From contig JAOZPT010000029.1 of the NCBI GenBank assembly GCA_029932605.1, positions 1-30,030 of the forward strand: 30,030 nucleotides of DNA, in the 5' to 3' direction. Of this stretch, positions 26,730 through 30,030 are shown in pieces (the first letter of the stretch is position 1; every line of letters starts with the position of its first letter). The stretch comes from Candidatus Zixiibacteriota bacterium (GTDB taxonomy: Bacteria > Zixibacteria > MSB-5A5 > UBA10806 > 4484-95). The notes beneath the pieces are model-generated. The model did no database searches. It saw nothing but the letters and a program-made list of their open reading frames with translations, and was not told the origin of the DNA. The position numbers and the translations under genes were made by a program.

Positions 26730-28478
26730 ATGATGAAAAGTCTGATAAAAATAATGGTGGTTACATTTTTAATGGTTTTAGTATTTGGTTCAGTATCCTA
26801 CTCTGAAACTCTGGTTAGACTTGACCATCCAGACCTTGATGATATTAATGTTATTGGTTTTGAATTAAAAAAGAAAGGCGAAATAGACATTGAGGCTGTC
26901 GGTTTAAGGTTGAAATACCGCGATGATTTAAATGTATACACCTGGATTATCGACTATGATACTCGAGAACCCGTCTGGGTAATGAAAGATACACGCACCA
27001 GCAAGGTTAAGGGCCGTCGGATCTTGCGCATGGCAAAAGCGAGTGAGACTTTAGACAAAGGCAAATACGAGCTTTACCTTTATTCTGGTAGCCGTTTGTT
27101 CTCAGGCATATCCATTCATGGTGCCGGAGATTTTTTTGAATTTTTAGGTGACCTTTTTAAAAATGATAGATATGAAGAATTTGAGGATTATCTCGATGAT
27201 TGTTATGTCGAGCTTTCTTCAGATGAAATATCCAAGGGTGACATAAAAATTTTCGATGTAAATGGTGACCTTCCCGGAGCTTTAATCAAGTTCAATAAAC
27301 TTGGTGATTATGAATATGTTAAGAGGGGATTTACCGTTGATACTCCTATGAATCTTCATATATATGCAATCTTTGAATTTCCATCCGGTAACCGAACTCC
27401 GGTTGATTATGGTTGGATTATAGATGCTGATACAAGAGACAAGGTTTGGGAGATTGACCGCTGGAATACTGACTGGGCTGGTGGTAGCAGGAAAAATCGA
27501 AAATTCGACGATGAGGTGCATTTTAAAAAGGGTGATTATATTTTATATTTTGTAACTGATGATTCGCACTCCTATGAATTGTTCAACGCAAATCCGCCTT
27601 ATGATCCCTTGAATTGGGGAATAACTATACTTCCCGGAAAAGATTTCAAACCTTCCGCTTTCCATGATTATGAACCTGCGACTAAAAGTGAACCTCTTAT
27701 TGATTTCACCCAGGCCCAAGATAACGACTACTATGAGCAGCCCTTTAAGCTTCTACGGGAGACCAGCCTTCATATCTATGCTATCGGTGAATATTCTTAC
27801 AGCAATCATGAATTTGTAGACTATGGTTGGATTCAGGATGCGGCAACAGGTAAGATGATATGGGAGATGACCAGCAGAAACACTCAACATGCTGGTGGTG
27901 CTAAAAAGAACCGTATGTTCGATGATAATGTTACATTACCCGAGGGGGAATATATTGCTTATTATATCACTGATGATTCCCACTCTTATCTTGATTGGAA
28001 TGATTCACCGCCATTTGACCCTAAGTCCTGGGGGCTTGCTATATATCCCGCTCCCGAGTTCAAAAAGGAGGATTTCAAGAAGCTTTCCAGTGCTGATATA
28101 ACAGTTGGTTCCAATATCCTGGTGAAGATGGTCAGAGTGCGCGACCATGAAAAAAAGAGGGATAAGTTCACTCTTGATAGGCAAACTCGCATCCATATCT
28201 ATGCTATCGGTGAGGGTGACCGTGATGAAATGTACGATTATGGTTGGATAATCGACGATCGCACCAACCGGACAGTCTGGGAGATGACCTGGCGCAACAC
28301 CGAACATGCCGGCGGTGCTCGTAAAAACCGTTTATATGATGATGATATAATTCTCGACCCGGGCACCTATGAAGTATTTTATATCACCGATGGTTCGCAT
28401 TCATTCAATGATTGGAATTCACCAAAACCTCGTGACCCTATTAACTGGGGTATAACAATAAGTATCGTAGAAAAATAA
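26730..28478 (+). CDS. Secreted hypothetical protein with four ~140-aa internal repeats
   Basis: Signal peptide (..VSYS/ET); repeat consensus HIYAIGE..DYGWI.D..T...WEM...NT..AGG..KNR..DD......G.Y..Y..TD.SHS....N...P.DP..WG; GGGGGG SD. Confidence 0.85.
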   Translation: MMKSLIKIMVVTFLMVLVFGSVSYSETLVRLDHPDLDDINVIGFELKKKGEIDIEAVGLRLKYRDDLNVYTWIIDYDTREPVWVMKDTRTSKVKGRRILRMAKASETLDKGKYELYLYSGSRLFSGISIHGAGDFFEFLGDLFKNDRYEEFEDYLDDCYVELSSDEISKGDIKIFDVNGDLPGALIKFNKLGDYEYVKRGFTVDTPMNLHIYAIFEFPSGNRTPVDYGWIIDADTRDKVWEIDRWNTDWAGGSRKNRKFDDEVHFKKGDYILYFVTDDSHSYELFNANPPYDPLNWGITILPGKDFKPSAFHDYEPATKSEPLIDFTQAQDNDYYEQPFKLLRETSLHIYAIGEYSYSNHEFVDYGWIQDAATGKMIWEMTSRNTQHAGGAKKNRMFDDNVTLPEGEYIAYYITDDSHSYLDWNDSPPFDPKSWGLAIYPAPEFKKEDFKKLSSADITVGSNILVKMVRVRDHEKKRDKFTLDRQTRIHIYAIGEGDRDEMYDYGWIIDDRTNRTVWEMTWRNTEHAGGARKNRLYDDDIILDPGTYEVFYITDGSHSFNDWNSPKPRDPINWGITISIVEK

Positions 28479-28515
28479 ACATCTCTTTCTCTCCCTGTCA
28501 CCTTTTTAGAGGTGG

Positions 28516-28539
28516 AGGCGGCTCGAAAGGCCGCCTTTT
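28516..28539 (+). terminator. Intrinsic terminator between convergent genes
   Basis: AGGCGGCT-CGAAA-GGCCGCCT followed by TTT. Confidence 0.75.
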
Positions 28540-28588
28540 AATTTTGAGTAATGTAGATGTCCGTTTAGCAACAGGTGGAAATATTCAA

Positions 28589-28888
28589 TCATTTGTCTGT
28601 TTTAAATCCTATGTTTTTCTCCTCTTTGCCGAAGACTTTAATTTGGCCGAATTGGTTTTCGTATTTTTTTATATTTTCTTCAAGAGCGTTATGAAGCATT
28701 TTTGCGTGGGGAGGCGTCATTATAATACGACTGTAAACCTTGGCTTTATCCCGTCCGGGCATAATCCGGGCAAAGTCTAATACAAATTCCTGAGGAGATA
28801 TGGCTATCAATGCCATATTCGAATAGACACCCTCTGATTCTTTTTCGCCAAGCTCGATATTTATCTTACGTGGTTGTTTCTGTTCCAT
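28589..28888 (-). CDS. DUF3467 family protein
   Basis: EGVYSN..ISPQEFVLDF..P..AKVYSRIIMTPPHAK....L..NI.KYE..FG.I; GGGAG SD on the minus strand. Confidence 0.85.
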   Translation of the reverse strand: MEQKQPRKINIELGEKESEGVYSNMALIAISPQEFVLDFARIMPGRDKAKVYSRIIMTPPHAKMLHNALEENIKKYENQFGQIKVFGKEEKNIGFKTDK

Positions 28889-28924
28889 TCCGATTCTCCC
28901 TTAATGAGGTCTTTTTAATTTATC

Positions 28925-28954
28925 TTGCATTAACTAATACCATTTTAATATAAT
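28925..28954 (+). promoter_or_regulatory. Sigma70-type promoter for the heptose kinase
   Basis: TTGCAT(28925-28930)-18 nt-TATAAT(28949-28954). Confidence 0.55.
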
Positions 28955-28962
28955 GTTTTGTC

Positions 28963-30024
28963 ATGTCAAGCGAAAAGGGTTCAAGTATGCAGAATGATGT
29001 TCAAGTATTCAGGCTTGCAGGATTGAATAAATCGAGGGTTGAAAAGATATTTTCCAATTTCAGTAAAAGTCGCATTCTGATTGTTGGCGATATCATGCTT
29101 GACCGGTATTTATGGGGCAGTGTTTCAAGGATATCTCCTGAGGCGCCGGTGCCGGTGGTTGAGATAAGTAAAGAGGAACACCTTTTGGGCGGAGCGGCCA
29201 ATGTCGCTAATAATATTTCTGCTTTGGGTGGAAAACCGATGTTGGTTGGCGTGGTTGGTGATGATGATTTTGCTGTTAAGTTGAATGCCAGGTTGACTGC
29301 TGAGAAATTTGATATCGGTGGTATCTTTACTGATGAAAATCGTCCTACTACAGTCAAAACCAGGATAATCGCCCAAAACCAGCAGGTGGTGAGGGCTGAC
29401 AGGGAAAAAACTGGTGATATATCAGATAATCTTGTTAAGGAAATAATTGATTATATTAAGAAAAACTTCAGTGAAGTTTCAGCCGTGATAATTTCCGATT
29501 ATGGCAAAGGGGTAATAAACGCTGAACTCCTTGATTATTTGATCTCAATCTGCAATGAGAAAGAGATATTTATTGCTGTCGATCCAAAAGAGACTCATTT
29601 TTTCGACTATCAGCGGGTGTCAACAATAACGCCAAACCATCAGGAGGCCGGTTTTGTTGTGGGGAAAAAGATTAAGGATGATGCCACTTTGGTCGATGTT
29701 GGCTGGCAGTTATTAGATAGGCTAAAGGCTAAATCTCTCCTGATTACGCTTGGCGAGAAGGGAATGGCGTTATTTGAAAACGGCCCCAAAGGTTCAACTA
29801 AAAGATCCTTAACCAGAATTCCAGCAATGGCGCTAAAGGTTTATGATGTCACCGGTGCCGGTGATACAGTTGTCGCCACTTTGACGATAGCGGTAGCTGC
29901 AGGTGCATCTTTGAAGGAAGCGGCCATCATCGCTAACATAGCCGCTGGCGAGGTCGTAGCCCAGGTCGGTACCGCTCAGGTGAGTATGGAGAAACTAAAA
30001 AAGTTAGTGCTGGAGCGCCTGTAA
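28963..30024 (+). CDS. rfaE1: D-glycero-beta-D-manno-heptose-7-phosphate kinase (stand-alone HldE/RfaE domain I)
   Basis: VGDIMLDRY.WG...RISPEAPVPVV, GGAANVA, SDYGKG, VDPK, TPN, DVTGAGDT. Start is 28963 or ATG 28987. Confidence 0.95.
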   Translation: MSSEKGSSMQNDVQVFRLAGLNKSRVEKIFSNFSKSRILIVGDIMLDRYLWGSVSRISPEAPVPVVEISKEEHLLGGAANVANNISALGGKPMLVGVVGDDDFAVKLNARLTAEKFDIGGIFTDENRPTTVKTRIIAQNQQVVRADREKTGDISDNLVKEIIDYIKKNFSEVSAVIISDYGKGVINAELLDYLISICNEKEIFIAVDPKETHFFDYQRVSTITPNHQEAGFVVGKKIKDDATLVDVGWQLLDRLKAKSLLITLGEKGMALFENGPKGSTKRSLTRIPAMALKVYDVTGAGDTVVATLTIAVAAGASLKEAAIIANIAAGEVVAQVGTAQVSMEKLKKLVLERL

Positions 30025-30030
30025 AATATT

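Noticed and set aside
1021..29376. Short antisense or alternate-frame ORFs in the track (e.g. 3220-3504, 15018-15467, 16108-16503, 28005-28307, 28544-28780, 29001-29357)
   Set aside because: All lie on top of well-supported genes and show no recognisable motifs; treated as shadow ORFs.
1..30030. CRISPR array, tRNA/rRNA, IS or prophage genes
   Set aside because: By eye I found no regularly spaced repeats, cloverleaf signatures, transposase, integrase or phage motifs. The repeats at 26730-28478 are coding domain repeats.

Overview
AT-rich bacterial chromosomal segment with almost all genes on the + strand. It comes from a diderm (LPS heptose kinase, lipoproteins, type IV pili); I cannot assign the taxon from this window. 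Gene order: 3' end of a type ISP/IIG-like restriction-modification gene; rseP; two tandem signal peptidase I paralogues; a variant System I cytochrome c maturation operon (ccmABCDEF, with a CxxxY CcmE, no ccmG/H, and a ccmD missed by the ORF track); a 0.7 kb gap with a structured leader; a surface/pilus cluster (PEGA+DUF5683-like protein, FN3/Ig lipoprotein, DUF2723/TMEM260-like GT-C glycosyltransferase, two type IV pilins, pilD, PAS histidine kinase); rsgA; rpsU-yqeY-cvpA-mutS2-dnaG-sigma70; a TauE/SafE permease; a secreted four-repeat protein; DUF3467 on the - strand; and a heptose-7-phosphate kinase. Best leads: (1) a candidate protein O-glycosylation/pilus system in which the GT-C lies between a lipoprotein rich in D-(S/T)-hydrophobic sequons and a pilin paralogue; (2) rsgA has no canonical start codon and appears to start at ATT behind a perfect Shine-Dalgarno (SD), with an in-frame 25-codon leader ORF, and rpsU has a similar leader ORF; (3) the sigma factor at the rpoD position is divergent; (4) recurring ECF-, sigma28- and sigma54-type promoter motifs; (5) a roughly 110-nt structured leader loosely resembling SAM-I. 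I saw no tRNA, rRNA, CRISPR array or transposase. All family names come from motif recognition, not database searches.
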